Shown here one piece after another: positions 1-9,187 of a stretch of DNA of 64,000 nt. Below the pieces are notes generated by a model. The model saw nothing but the letters and a program-made list of their open reading frames with translations. It had not been told where the DNA came from and searched no databases. Source of the DNA: a virus. Made by a program: the position numbers and the translations under genes. Position 1 is the stretch's first letter; every line of letters starts with the position of its first letter. The stretch lies in the IMG/VR virus record IMGVR_UViG_3300046724_000152, positions 11,508 to 75,507 of that record; one strand, written 5' to 3'.

Positions 1-5
1 ATCAA

Positions 6-2732
6 ATGGGCGGTCTTTGTCAACCCAAGCCACAAGTTACCGCTACTAACCAAACGCAGACCTATACGCCAGCCCCGCAGATAGGAGCCGCTGGCACTCA
101 AGCCCTCAATATGGCGCAGGGGGCGGCGCAGCAGCCGTTCCAGATGCCAGCAGCGCCGGTCGCTGGCTTCAATCCATTCCAGACTCAATCGTTCAATCAG
201 ATCCTGGGCATGCAGGGCAGCCTGAATAACACCGCCGGAGCCAATCTCCAGACGGCACAGGCTCCGATTACGCAGGACGACATCAACCAGAATATGAATC
301 CGTATGCGGATCAGACCGAAGCCGACATCAAGAAGTACATCTTCGATCCGCAGCGGGTTCAGACCATGGGGCAGTCCACCGCCATGGCCGGTGGTGTCGG
401 TGCTGATCGTCTTGGCTTGGTCAGCGGCAACCTAGACAAGACACAAGGCGATATCCTGGCCCAGGCCCGATCCGGCTTCTATGGACAAGCGCTGTCGGCG
501 GCTCAGCAAGCCAAGCAGCAGGCTCTTCAATCCGCTCAAGGCTGGCAGAACCTGCAAACCGGCAATCTGCAAGCCACCAACGCCCTGGGCATGGTTGGCA
601 CTCAGCAACAGCAGCAGACCCAAGCCGAGCTGATGAGCCCGTATCAGCAGATCCTGGCTCAGATCGCCTATCCCTATCAGCAAGCTCAGTTCCTGGCTGG
701 CATTACCGGAGGTCTGGCCGGTGCCATGGGTGGCACCACAACGGGTGTTGGAAACACGTCCACAACACCAGCCCAACCCAGCCTGTTTAATCAGATTACC
801 GGTCTAGGTGTCGCCGGGGCTGGTATTGCCGGTGCAGCCGGTGCCTTTGACGGCAGTGGCGGTTCGACCAGCACACCAAACAGCCCTAATGCCTCGATGT
901 ATACCGGCCCTGCAAACGAAGCCGGATTTGGTCCGACCTATTACCGATCCGGTGGTCCTGTTCATTATGCCAGCGGTGGGAGTGACGATGAAGAACCATC
1001 ACTGTCGCCTTACGGGGATCTGAATCCCATCCCCCGCATCCCGCTGCACATGACATCGGGGCAATCGCACAACAATCTCAACCTGAATCCGCCGAGCCAG
1101 AGCGGTGGGTCTAGCTCCTCCGGCGGCATTGGCGATATAGCAAAGATGGCCTCCGCCGTCATACCGTTTCTCCTCAAACGAGGCGGTACGGTTGCCGGTG
1201 GTGGCGCTGTCAGTCCCTATGATGCTGGTATGGGTTTTGCCGGAGGCGGTGAGACTGAGGGATTGAGCCCTATTCCGTACATCCCGATGCAAGACACGTC
1301 AGGCCAGTCTCATAACAATCTCAATCTGAACCCTCCCACTAGTAGCGGAGGATCAAGCTCAAGCGGCATGGGCGACATGGCGAAGATGGCATCAGCCGTG
1401 CTGCCGCTCCTTATGATGAAGCGAGGCGGCAAGGCTCCTCATGGCTATGCCACAGACGGCGGCGTGGACGTAGAGGAATACTCGCCTGATGACTTCAATC
1501 CGATAGATGCCGCTGCCCCAGCAGAGCCAGATTACAGCCGTCCTATAGAGCGCGAAGCCCCGAACCTTGGCATGTGGCCATTCAATCGCGGCCAAGCTGA
1601 CTACAAGGGCGATGTGACGATGTTTCCGCATACTGCGGCTCCGGCAACGGCTGGAGCAGCCCAAGCCACGCCTTCACCGGCAAACGCGCCGGTTGGTGAC
1701 CAAGCCGAGATACTGCGTCAGGCTGGTCTTCTCCGTGATCCGCTGAGAAGGGAAGAGGCCGCTAATGCTCCAGGACCGTTCGATACTTCAGCTCTCAAGG
1801 GGCCATACAATCAGGCCGCGTTAGGCTCTCCAGCACGGGGTCCTGTATCCACGGATACAACCCCGAGAACGGCTCCGCCTCCGGCCCCATCTCAGCCCGA
1901 CGTTCAGGTGGCCAGCGGCGCAGACCGCACTGGCGGCTATCCCAATCGCAGCCGATTGGCTGGACTCAATTCCGATATGAAGCTCAGCGATTTCAGTATG
2001 CCAAGAAGTGCCCAGCCCTATCCGGATGCCTTGAGCCGTGACTTTGGCCAGCGAGCAACGCGGTCGCCATGGATGGCATTGGTTCAGGCCGGTTTGAAGA
2101 TGGCGCAAAGCACCAAGCCCGGTGTTGCTGGCTTGGCTGAGGGTGCCGAGTCCGGTGTTGCCTATCTCGACAAGCAGCGTGGCGAGCTTCGCAGCGAGCA
2201 GCAGATCAACCAGAAGGCGGAAGAGCTATTCCGTCATGCCCAGGGTGAACTGAACAAATACACTCGCACGACTCCGCACGAAGCGAGGATGGAGGCTTAC
2301 CAGAGTCGTCTTCTTGATCAGGGCAAGTATCAGTTTCTGAACTACACCGACCCAGTAACTAACGAGGTAAAGGTTGGTCGCGCCAATACCAAGACCGGAG
2401 TCATTACCGATCCTGCAACTGGTGAACCAGTAAAGACTGGCCGATTGCTGGGCCGCGCATCCAGCCAGGGCGGCCTGCCTCCGAGCAGCATCGTGTCTAT
2501 CCAGAATGCGGTTAACAACGATCCGACTATTCCAAGAGACAAGAAAATTGCGGAGGTCAACAGGCGAGTGCAGGAAGCCACTTCGTTCGTTGAAGCGCAA
2601 CGTCAGCGTGGTGTAGCGCCGCCTCCAGACGGAGCCCTTGAGTTTCTCAAAAACAACAAGGATAACCCAGCCATAAGGGCTCAGTTCGAGGCAAAATACC
2701 CAGGATGGGCGGCCAAGCTGCTTGGTGAGTAA
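6..2732 (+). CDS. Internal virion / DNA ejection (pilot-like) protein, Gln/Gly/Ala-rich
   Basis: 908-aa ORF, low-complexity Q/A/G N-terminus, repeated xxGG motifs, internal duplication, directly upstream of another large virion-type gene; typical of podovirus ejection proteins. Confidence 0.6.
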   Translation: MGGLCQPKPQVTATNQTQTYTPAPQIGAAGTQALNMAQGAAQQPFQMPAAPVAGFNPFQTQSFNQILGMQGSLNNTAGANLQTAQAPITQDDINQNMNPYADQTEADIKKYIFDPQRVQTMGQSTAMAGGVGADRLGLVSGNLDKTQGDILAQARSGFYGQALSAAQQAKQQALQSAQGWQNLQTGNLQATNALGMVGTQQQQQTQAELMSPYQQILAQIAYPYQQAQFLAGITGGLAGAMGGTTTGVGNTSTTPAQPSLFNQITGLGVAGAGIAGAAGAFDGSGGSTSTPNSPNASMYTGPANEAGFGPTYYRSGGPVHYASGGSDDEEPSLSPYGDLNPIPRIPLHMTSGQSHNNLNLNPPSQSGGSSSSGGIGDIAKMASAVIPFLLKRGGTVAGGGAVSPYDAGMGFAGGGETEGLSPIPYIPMQDTSGQSHNNLNLNPPTSSGGSSSSGMGDMAKMASAVLPLLMMKRGGKAPHGYATDGGVDVEEYSPDDFNPIDAAAPAEPDYSRPIEREAPNLGMWPFNRGQADYKGDVTMFPHTAAPATAGAAQATPSPANAPVGDQAEILRQAGLLRDPLRREEAANAPGPFDTSALKGPYNQAALGSPARGPVSTDTTPRTAPPPAPSQPDVQVASGADRTGGYPNRSRLAGLNSDMKLSDFSMPRSAQPYPDALSRDFGQRATRSPWMALVQAGLKMAQSTKPGVAGLAEGAESGVAYLDKQRGELRSEQQINQKAEELFRHAQGELNKYTRTTPHEARMEAYQSRLLDQGKYQFLNYTDPVTNEVKVGRANTKTGVITDPATGEPVKTGRLLGRASSQGGLPPSSIVSIQNAVNNDPTIPRDKKIAEVNRRVQEATSFVEAQRQRGVAPPPDGALEFLKNNKDNPAIRAQFEAKYPGWAAKLLGE

Positions 2733-5700
2733 TGGCCAACGTCTTCGACCAGTTCGATTCGCCAGCACCTCAGCCCGCACCTGTGGCAGCAGCACCTACC
2801 GGTGCCGCGCAGTCTAAGAATATCTTCGATCAGTTCGATAAGACTCCAGCCCCAGAGGCTCCAGCTACGCCAGAGCCGGAACCCATCATGCCAGGAATTC
2901 TGGAGGCGGGAGCCCAAGGTCTTGGTCATGCCTTTACCGGCCTGGGACAGGGTGCCGGGATGGTGGCCGGTGTTACTCCGGAGGCCGAGAAGCCCAGTCC
3001 AGCAGCCGCTCCATTGAAATGGAGCGATGTGCTGTCGCCACAGGCCAAGCTTGCTCCAAAACTGGCCTATCAGTTTGCCGAAGGAGCCCCGGTTATTGCC
3101 GGTGGGTTGCTTGGTGCTGGCGCTGGAGCCCTGACCCCGGTGCCGGGTGGAGCTATCATGGGCGGCATGGGTGGCGCTGCCTTGGCCGAAGCCGCCAAGA
3201 CCATCGGCCCTGCCTACGCCGAGGAGCTTAAGGCTCATCCTGGCGACAAGGAGGGGGCCTGGACCAGGGCTTTGCAAAAGACCGGGGTTTCTAGCGCTGC
3301 TTCTGGCCTAGGCTGGGGCCTGTTTGGCTTGGGATCCAAGGCCCTGGAGCCGCTCAAGCATCTGCTGTTTCAGTCCGTGGCTGTCCAGCCTGGAGTCTCG
3401 GTGGGTGCCAAAGCCGCAACCAATGTCATAGAAGGCAAGCCTGTCACCGAGGATCTCGGCCAAGCCTATGCCCAAGGTGTGGTTGGCACTGCCATTCCGG
3501 CGGCAGGGCACAAGCTGGCCAAGGGGGTCCTGGCCGATAACCGGGTCTCACCAACCGGCCTCAATGCCGAGCAGATGCGGAATGTCGTGGAGATGAACGA
3601 TGGCATGCTGCCTCGCCTTGAGGCTAACGCTAACGATCCATGGCATCCGGAAGAAACCAGAGCCCACTATGCGGAACAAGCCCGCTTGATGCGGGATCAG
3701 AATGCCGAATACACCCAGATCCTTGCAGGACCACGCAGTCCGGTGGTGGCCAAGCTCAAGCAATGGATGGATGGCTCTCTGGGCGACATCGTCAACGACG
3801 CCCAGATGAAGCTGACGCCGATGGCGGCCAGGAGCGGCTCCAACGAAGCCAGAGCCATTGCCAGGGACTTTGCCGACAGCAAGCGGTCATCGCGCTGGCA
3901 GTGGGCCAGAGTCGATACGATCATCAAGAAGAACTTCACCGAAGAGCAGCAAAAGCGGATGTGGGAGGCTGGCGACGAGGAAAGCGTCATCCAGGAGATG
4001 GGCAATGCCGACTTTGTTGCACAGCAACATGCCGAAGGCCGGGGGCTGGCTCAGCTTACCCCTGCCGAAAGATCGGCTATGGAGGGACTTCAGGCAGAGT
4101 CTCGTCAGTCCTGGGATGCTGCCGTCGACGCCGGGATCGTCAGTGGCGAGGGCCGGAAATACTATGCCCCGAGAGAGTTTCTGCGGGTTGCCTCCGGCTC
4201 TGAAGGCCCTCCCACGCCCCGCCCCAAGGTCTCCAGTGGCACCGATGCACCACCCAATTCCTTAACGAAGATCGGCACTAATCTCAGGACCACCTCGCCA
4301 AGCACTAAGCGCAGAAAATACCTGTTTGCCGAGGAAACCGAAGCGGCTGGCAAGAAGATCCTGGGCGAGGATGCCGAGCTTGCCAGGAATATCCGTGCCC
4401 TGCCATTGGCTTCAGCCCGCCTGAGAGATGCCGTGGCGGGCCGGACTCTGATCAACAAGATCAAGGAGGCTGGTGCCAGGACCGGCGAGGAAACCGTTCA
4501 CGAGGGGGCGGTGCCATCCGACAGTCCCTACAAGTGGTTCACCGTCGATCATCCCGCCTTCACGACCTGGAAGCCCAAGCTTGCTCCTGATCCGGCAACC
4601 GGCAGACTCTCTGCGGTCAAGGACGAGAACGGCAACGTCGTCTTCGAGAAGAAGCCGCTCTATGTCAGGTCCGATTTCGAGGGTCCGCTGCGGTCGGTCT
4701 TAGCCAAGGATCAGGGGCAAATCTACAATGGCCTGATGAATCTCAAGGCCAAGACCATGTCGGTCATCATGTACTCGCCGCTGATCCATAACGCGGTGGA
4801 GTGGGGCCGTGCCTTACCGGCGATGCCGGGTAAGGTTCTGACCTTCAGGATCTATTTCGATGGCGACCGGGCTCTGAAGAACATCCCGCTCATGCAGGAT
4901 GCCGTCAGGAATGGCCTTGTTCCGATTGGAGGCCGCGCTGGCAGGCAAGACATCACCTCGATGATGGAAGCGCCAACCTTGGGACCACGCAAATCCTGGA
5001 CCGGTGAGACCCTGGCGGCAATTCCCGACCTGTTCAGCAAGGCGGCTGGCAATACAGTCAGGCGCAGGATCGAGACCCTTGGCGACTTCTGGCACAACAC
5101 CCTGCTGTGGGATCAGGTCGCCCGCCTTCAGATGGGTCTCTACACGAACTTCAGGGAGAGCCTGATTGCCAAGGGGCATGACGAGCAGACCGCTGGCCGT
5201 GCTGCGGCGCACCTAGCTAACCGCTATGCCGGTGCCTTGCCAGCGGAGTCGATGTCTGAGAATGCCAGGAAGTTCGCCAATCTGGCCCTGTTCTCCAGGA
5301 CCTTCACGCTTGGCAACATCGGTGCCATGAAGGATATGTTTGTCGGTCTGCCGAGGGATGTTCAGGCTCAGATCGGCAGAGACGCCGGTCCAGAAGCCCT
5401 GAAGAAGATCCGGAGCTATGCCAAGCGCAAGGCAACGATGACCGTCGCTCTCGATCTTGGCCTTATGTATGCCGGTAACTCTTTGCTTCAGGATATTTCT
5501 GACAGGTTACGCGGCGATAAGTCCCTTGGCGAGATCGGCATGGGCTATGTCGATAGGATTGCAGCCCTGTTGAAGAAGACCAAGGAGCATCCGTTCGAGG
5601 TTCTGGCTCATCCGTTTGACTCCGTCGAGAGTCTTACGTCCACATCGGAGAACGAACCGGGCAAGAAGGATCGTGTCCTGGTCGGCTATCAGCAGGATGG

Positions 5701-6337
5701 CTCCGCCATCTATATGCGGAACCCGACCGGCAAGATCGGTGAAGAAGTCCTTGGCTGGTCTACATCGCCATTCGACATGGTGAAGCGCAAGCTTGGCACT
5801 ATGGTCAGACCGGCATGGCAACTGGCCTCAAACGACATCGGCTTTGGCCGCAAGCTCTACAATCCAGATCCGCATTCCACCACGGAAATGGTGCAGAATG
5901 CTGGCAACATCGCCACGGCCTTCATGTCGGCCCAGGTGCCGGTTTCTCAGTTCGAATCCATGGGAGAACTGGCCAGAGGCGAGGGTGAGACCAAGACCAA
6001 CCTGCTTAAGCTGTTTGGCCCTCTGATGGGTCTGACGTTCTCCAAGGGGGCCCCTGGCGGCCCTGCCATGGGCGAGCTTTACAAGTTCGAGGAACGTCAG
6101 AAATACAAACTATCTCAGGCACTTCCGGAGATCCGCAAGCAGATCCAGAGGGGCAATATCGATGGTGCCGTGGACAAGATGACGGAGATTGGAGTGCCTA
6201 AGGGGCTCCAGACTTACTACATCAAGACCACGCTCAATCCATCGGCGCGTCTAACCAAGCGGAAAGAGGCAAACTTTAATGCCTCGGCAACCGAAGAAGA
6301 GAAAGAGCGTTTCTACCGGCTGCTGAACCACCCCTAA
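2732..6337 (+). CDS. Large internal virion / ejection protein
   Basis: 1201 aa; N-terminal NVFDQFD/NIFDQFD repeats and a Gly/Ala-rich hydrophobic segment as in podovirus core proteins; TAATG overlap with the upstream gene. Confidence 0.55.
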   Translation: MANVFDQFDSPAPQPAPVAAAPTGAAQSKNIFDQFDKTPAPEAPATPEPEPIMPGILEAGAQGLGHAFTGLGQGAGMVAGVTPEAEKPSPAAAPLKWSDVLSPQAKLAPKLAYQFAEGAPVIAGGLLGAGAGALTPVPGGAIMGGMGGAALAEAAKTIGPAYAEELKAHPGDKEGAWTRALQKTGVSSAASGLGWGLFGLGSKALEPLKHLLFQSVAVQPGVSVGAKAATNVIEGKPVTEDLGQAYAQGVVGTAIPAAGHKLAKGVLADNRVSPTGLNAEQMRNVVEMNDGMLPRLEANANDPWHPEETRAHYAEQARLMRDQNAEYTQILAGPRSPVVAKLKQWMDGSLGDIVNDAQMKLTPMAARSGSNEARAIARDFADSKRSSRWQWARVDTIIKKNFTEEQQKRMWEAGDEESVIQEMGNADFVAQQHAEGRGLAQLTPAERSAMEGLQAESRQSWDAAVDAGIVSGEGRKYYAPREFLRVASGSEGPPTPRPKVSSGTDAPPNSLTKIGTNLRTTSPSTKRRKYLFAEETEAAGKKILGEDAELARNIRALPLASARLRDAVAGRTLINKIKEAGARTGEETVHEGAVPSDSPYKWFTVDHPAFTTWKPKLAPDPATGRLSAVKDENGNVVFEKKPLYVRSDFEGPLRSVLAKDQGQIYNGLMNLKAKTMSVIMYSPLIHNAVEWGRALPAMPGKVLTFRIYFDGDRALKNIPLMQDAVRNGLVPIGGRAGRQDITSMMEAPTLGPRKSWTGETLAAIPDLFSKAAGNTVRRRIETLGDFWHNTLLWDQVARLQMGLYTNFRESLIAKGHDEQTAGRAAAHLANRYAGALPAESMSENARKFANLALFSRTFTLGNIGAMKDMFVGLPRDVQAQIGRDAGPEALKKIRSYAKRKATMTVALDLGLMYAGNSLLQDISDRLRGDKSLGEIGMGYVDRIAALLKKTKEHPFEVLAHPFDSVESLTSTSENEPGKKDRVLVGYQQDGSAIYMRNPTGKIGEEVLGWSTSPFDMVKRKLGTMVRPAWQLASNDIGFGRKLYNPDPHSTTEMVQNAGNIATAFMSAQVPVSQFESMGELARGEGETKTNLLKLFGPLMGLTFSKGAPGGPAMGELYKFEERQKYKLSQALPEIRKQIQRGNIDGAVDKMTEIGVPKGLQTYYIKTTLNPSARLTKRKEANFNASATEEEKERFYRLLNHP

Positions 6338-6597
6338 TGCTCGACTCCAAGCAAGCGTATGATGCCGTGATTGGAAACGATCTTGTTCGGCTCAATGTCC
6401 TTGTTGATGCCGTGGATCGCAGTCCGCAGCGATGCCTCCGCCTTGGATCCCGGGAATAGCTTGGCGAAGGCTTCCTTTCTGGAAACACCCTTGAGTCCGG
6501 CATCGGCGATGAAATTGTAGATTGCCCTGCGCTTTGGCGATAAGACCTCGTCCGGTCCAGGACCTTCCATCCTGGATCCGCAGTATGGACACTTCAT
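6334..6597 (-). CDS. Small Zn-ribbon/winged-helix DNA-binding protein
   Basis: CPYC N-terminus followed by a basic wHTH-like pattern (LSPKRRAIYNFI...SLRTAIHGINK). Confidence 0.45.
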   Translation of the reverse strand: MKCPYCGSRMEGPGPDEVLSPKRRAIYNFIADAGLKGVSRKEAFAKLFPGSKAEASLRTAIHGINKDIEPNKIVSNHGIIRLLGVEH

Positions 6598-6914
6598 TAG
6601 AGTTTCATCTCCGCTCTGACGTTAGCTTCTCTGGACTGATTCTCATAGAACCGCATTTTTTTATGCTCCGCTCTGACTTTGGCTAGGTTGGCATCTCTCC
6701 TGGCATCGACAATGGATACGACATAGTCCCACCAGCCAGGAGAGGCCTTGATGGTTTGCTCTGCCTTGTTGACAGCCATTTCGCCAAGCGCAGCCTGACG
6801 CTGTGCCATGACAAGCGTCTTGGTGTCCTCAAGGAGCTGGGCGGCATACTCCTTATCCACCCACTCCTCGTTGGCCTTCAGACACTCGTCGCTGAATGAA
6901 AACTCATTGCTCAT
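6597..6914 (-). CDS. Helical phage protein, possibly UvsY-like recombination mediator
   Basis: 105-aa all-helical ORF, translationally coupled behind the SSB-like gene; function inferred from context only. Confidence 0.35.
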   Translation of the reverse strand: MSNEFSFSDECLKANEEWVDKEYAAQLLEDTKTLVMAQRQAALGEMAVNKAEQTIKASPGWWDYVVSIVDARRDANLAKVRAEHKKMRFYENQSREANVRAEMKL

Positions 6915-7456
6915 TGAGCAAGATCCGGTAACTCATCGTTCATATCGTCGGCTTGTTGAAACTTTCCGAACGTGTTTCGCCAAGCCTGCTTGGCCTTGTT
7001 GACCATGGCAATCATCTCAACGAGGGTAAGCTCGACAGGATTGACGTTGGCATTAGCCATTGAATTGTTCATGATGCCGCAGACGAAGATCATCTCGTCC
7101 TTGACTGTCAGTTGCACCTTTGGTGTAGGACCGGGCCAAGCCTGTGGCGCTTGGCTTGGCATGGTCTGATGCCCTGGCTGATTAGGAACGTATTGTGCGT
7201 TAGGTGGCCGCTGCAATGGCAGTGTCGACTGCTGCGATAATGAGTTCGTTGGATTGGCGGTGCTGATGAGATTAAAGTTATGATTGTTGAACTCTTTGAT
7301 TTCGTACTGAATTTCATAGGAAACCCCCATGCGGTAGTTCTGGAGCTTGTCGCCCCAGACATTCCATGAGCCTCCATTGGTATCGATGATCTTGCCCTGT
7401 TTCTTGCCAGGGGCCGGAGGCGTAATGCCAGCAACGGTGATGACTGTCTGTTCCAT
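6911..7456 (-). CDS. Putative single-stranded DNA-binding protein
   Basis: Beta-rich OB-like N-terminus, Q/P-rich linker, acidic tail DDMNDELP. Confidence 0.5.
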   Translation of the reverse strand: MEQTVITVAGITPPAPGKKQGKIIDTNGGSWNVWGDKLQNYRMGVSYEIQYEIKEFNNHNFNLISTANPTNSLSQQSTLPLQRPPNAQYVPNQPGHQTMPSQAPQAWPGPTPKVQLTVKDEMIFVCGIMNNSMANANVNPVELTLVEMIAMVNKAKQAWRNTFGKFQQADDMNDELPDLAQ

Positions 7457-7761
7457 TAGTCTTTCCTTGGATTAACGATTGGCGGGACTGCTTTATTCAG
7501 GCTGAAGTATTTGCATGATGGCGTGTCGAACGGAATTTTAGATCCATCCTTCTCCATCATGGTCGCGTATTTCTCACACTTACCGTTCTTCAGTGTACCT
7601 CCTCGATGAGTGCCCCGATTGCTCTTGTAGCCATTGAATTCGTAATGCTCGCACTCACGACAGGTTGTCCTCTTCGGCCCTGTTCCAGCCCAGAAGGCCA
7701 TTCCAGGCGGAGTCTTGTCGCGTAAGTCATCGACTGATTTATCGACTACCGTTAGTTTCAT
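7456..7761 (-). CDS. Hypothetical Cys-containing protein
   Basis: CRECEH...C...C pattern; coupled within the operon. Confidence 0.5.
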   Translation of the reverse strand: MKLTVVDKSVDDLRDKTPPGMAFWAGTGPKRTTCRECEHYEFNGYKSNRGTHRGGTLKNGKCEKYATMMEKDGSKIPFDTPSCKYFSLNKAVPPIVNPRKD

Positions 7762-8495
7762 ATTTCTTCCCTGTATGACGCTTCGACTCCAGGAGGAAGG
7801 TCTCCGGTTGCACGGCGATACTCTCGTGCCAGCTTCAGGATGGCTTCCTTGATTTCGTCGTTGGCTCCCATTTCTTGGAGTGCGGCTTGTGCGTCAACGA
7901 CAACGAGCGTTTCTTTGGTCTTGAGGCTGACCGCTCGTGAGAAGCCGCCGGTAATTTTGACGTGGGTTTCTTTCTCCGTGAGGGCTGCTGCTCTTTGGGA
8001 TTTCTCGAAGTCACGGAAGGCAATATCGGCATCTGCGACATGAGCCGCAACATCAACTCCAAGTTCTCCGTGATTAGCTGACTCAATTGCTTCACGTTCG
8101 AGACGCTCAGCTTCACGCGCTTTGATCTCGGCTTCTCTAGCAAGTCCAGCAGCAACTCGATTTGCTTCTTCTCTAATGCGTCTTTCTTCTTTAATAAAAG
8201 CCGTGAGTCGATCCGATAGCGTATCAACGACTTTAGAAATTCTTGCGGCGACTGGTCGGTATGAATTGTTGATTTCTTTGACTTCGTCATTAAGTGGTCC
8301 AACTCTTTTTTTGCGCTCATCTTCCATATCCTGGATAGCTAATTTTCCTCTATCGAGGAAAAGCTTGGCTTCTTTAGAAGATTCACTATTGATAACTGGA
8401 TTTTCTGCCATCCAAGCAGAAATATCTTTCATCGTTTGATCAGTAATTTCGATCATTCCTGGTGGAGAATTATGCCCGATAGCTGCATCGTTCAT
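7758..8495 (-). CDS. Coiled-coil phage protein (IGHN N-terminus), recombination-module associated
   Basis: 245-aa ORF with GGTGAGGT RBS and a long charged helical region. Confidence 0.6.
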   Translation of the reverse strand: MNDAAIGHNSPPGMIEITDQTMKDISAWMAENPVINSESSKEAKLFLDRGKLAIQDMEDERKKRVGPLNDEVKEINNSYRPVAARISKVVDTLSDRLTAFIKEERRIREEANRVAAGLAREAEIKAREAERLEREAIESANHGELGVDVAAHVADADIAFRDFEKSQRAAALTEKETHVKITGGFSRAVSLKTKETLVVVDAQAALQEMGANDEIKEAILKLAREYRRATGDLPPGVEASYREEI

Positions 8496-8500
8496 TTATT

Positions 8501-9138
8501 GGACCTCACCATGCCATGCCATGCCTAGCCCCGCCCAACCGGGCCTCTCCATTCCGCACCCTGTATCGCCGCGCCATGCCTCTCCTGGCCGGACCACACC
8601 TCACCCAGCCATGCCTCGCCCCAGATCGCCATGCCTTGCCACACCGCACCCGACCCGGCCTTGCCCTACCTTGCCAGATGTCGCCTCACCCAACCATTCC
8701 ACGCCTGACCTGACCTCACCCAGCCATGCCGCTCCTCGCCACAGATCGCCAGACCTAGCCGTGCCTCACCGCACCTAACCATCCCAGACCACGCCAGACC
8801 ACGCCCTGCCCGAGGCCAAGCCACACCTCACCACACCTCGCCTGTCCCTACCCAACCTAGCCCTATGCAGACATGCCTCGCCCAACCTCGCCATGCCTTA
8901 CCTAGCCAAGCCTTGCCAGATATCGCCATGCCGCACCCTTCCAAAGATCGCCATGCCTCACCAATCCGCACCTCACCAAGCCAATCCCAGCCTTGCCTTG
9001 CCGAACCAAATATCGCCATGCCCTACCTAACCCCGCCATGCCTTGCCGCGCCGCACCTTGCCCGATGTCGCCATGCCATGCCCAACCTTGCCAAAACAAG
9101 CCAGTCCTAACCCTACCGCGCCAGAACATGCCAGAGCC
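8501..9138 (-). repeat. Phased pentanucleotide array (GGY-NN)n, candidate non-coding guide-RNA array
   Basis: Hand count: ~125 consecutive 5-mers, ~113 starting GG on the minus strand (~102 GGY, 10 GGA, 1 GGG), last two bases variable; one 2-nt phase slip at 8811-8817; fills the gap between two co-oriented genes. Confidence 0.9.
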
Positions 9139-9141
9139 TTA

Positions 9142-9175
9142 ACCTAGACCGCTCCATTTCTGGAACGGTCTAGGT
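9142..9175 (-). ncRNA. 15-bp hairpin leader between the Cas7-like gene and the array
   Basis: Minus-strand RNA ACCUAGACCGUUCCA-GAAA-UGGAGCGGUCUAGGU; the GNRA loop and a G-U pair work only on the minus strand. Confidence 0.75.
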
Positions 9176-9187
9176 AAAGCATTGAGA

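Noticed and set aside
8516-9129. ORF-track peptides across the pentamer array (PCLA/AWRG-type)
   Set aside because: By-products of the 5-nt periodicity: several frames on both strands, no RBS, and the period is not a multiple of 3
8501-9138. Canonical CRISPR array or simple microsatellite
   Set aside because: No 25-40-nt identical repeats with unique spacers, and the two variable positions are too diverse for slippage-generated repeats
8501-9138. Self-targets of the decoded NN strings within this window
   Set aside because: None spotted, but a by-eye check is not exhaustive and the gap rule is unknown; needs computation
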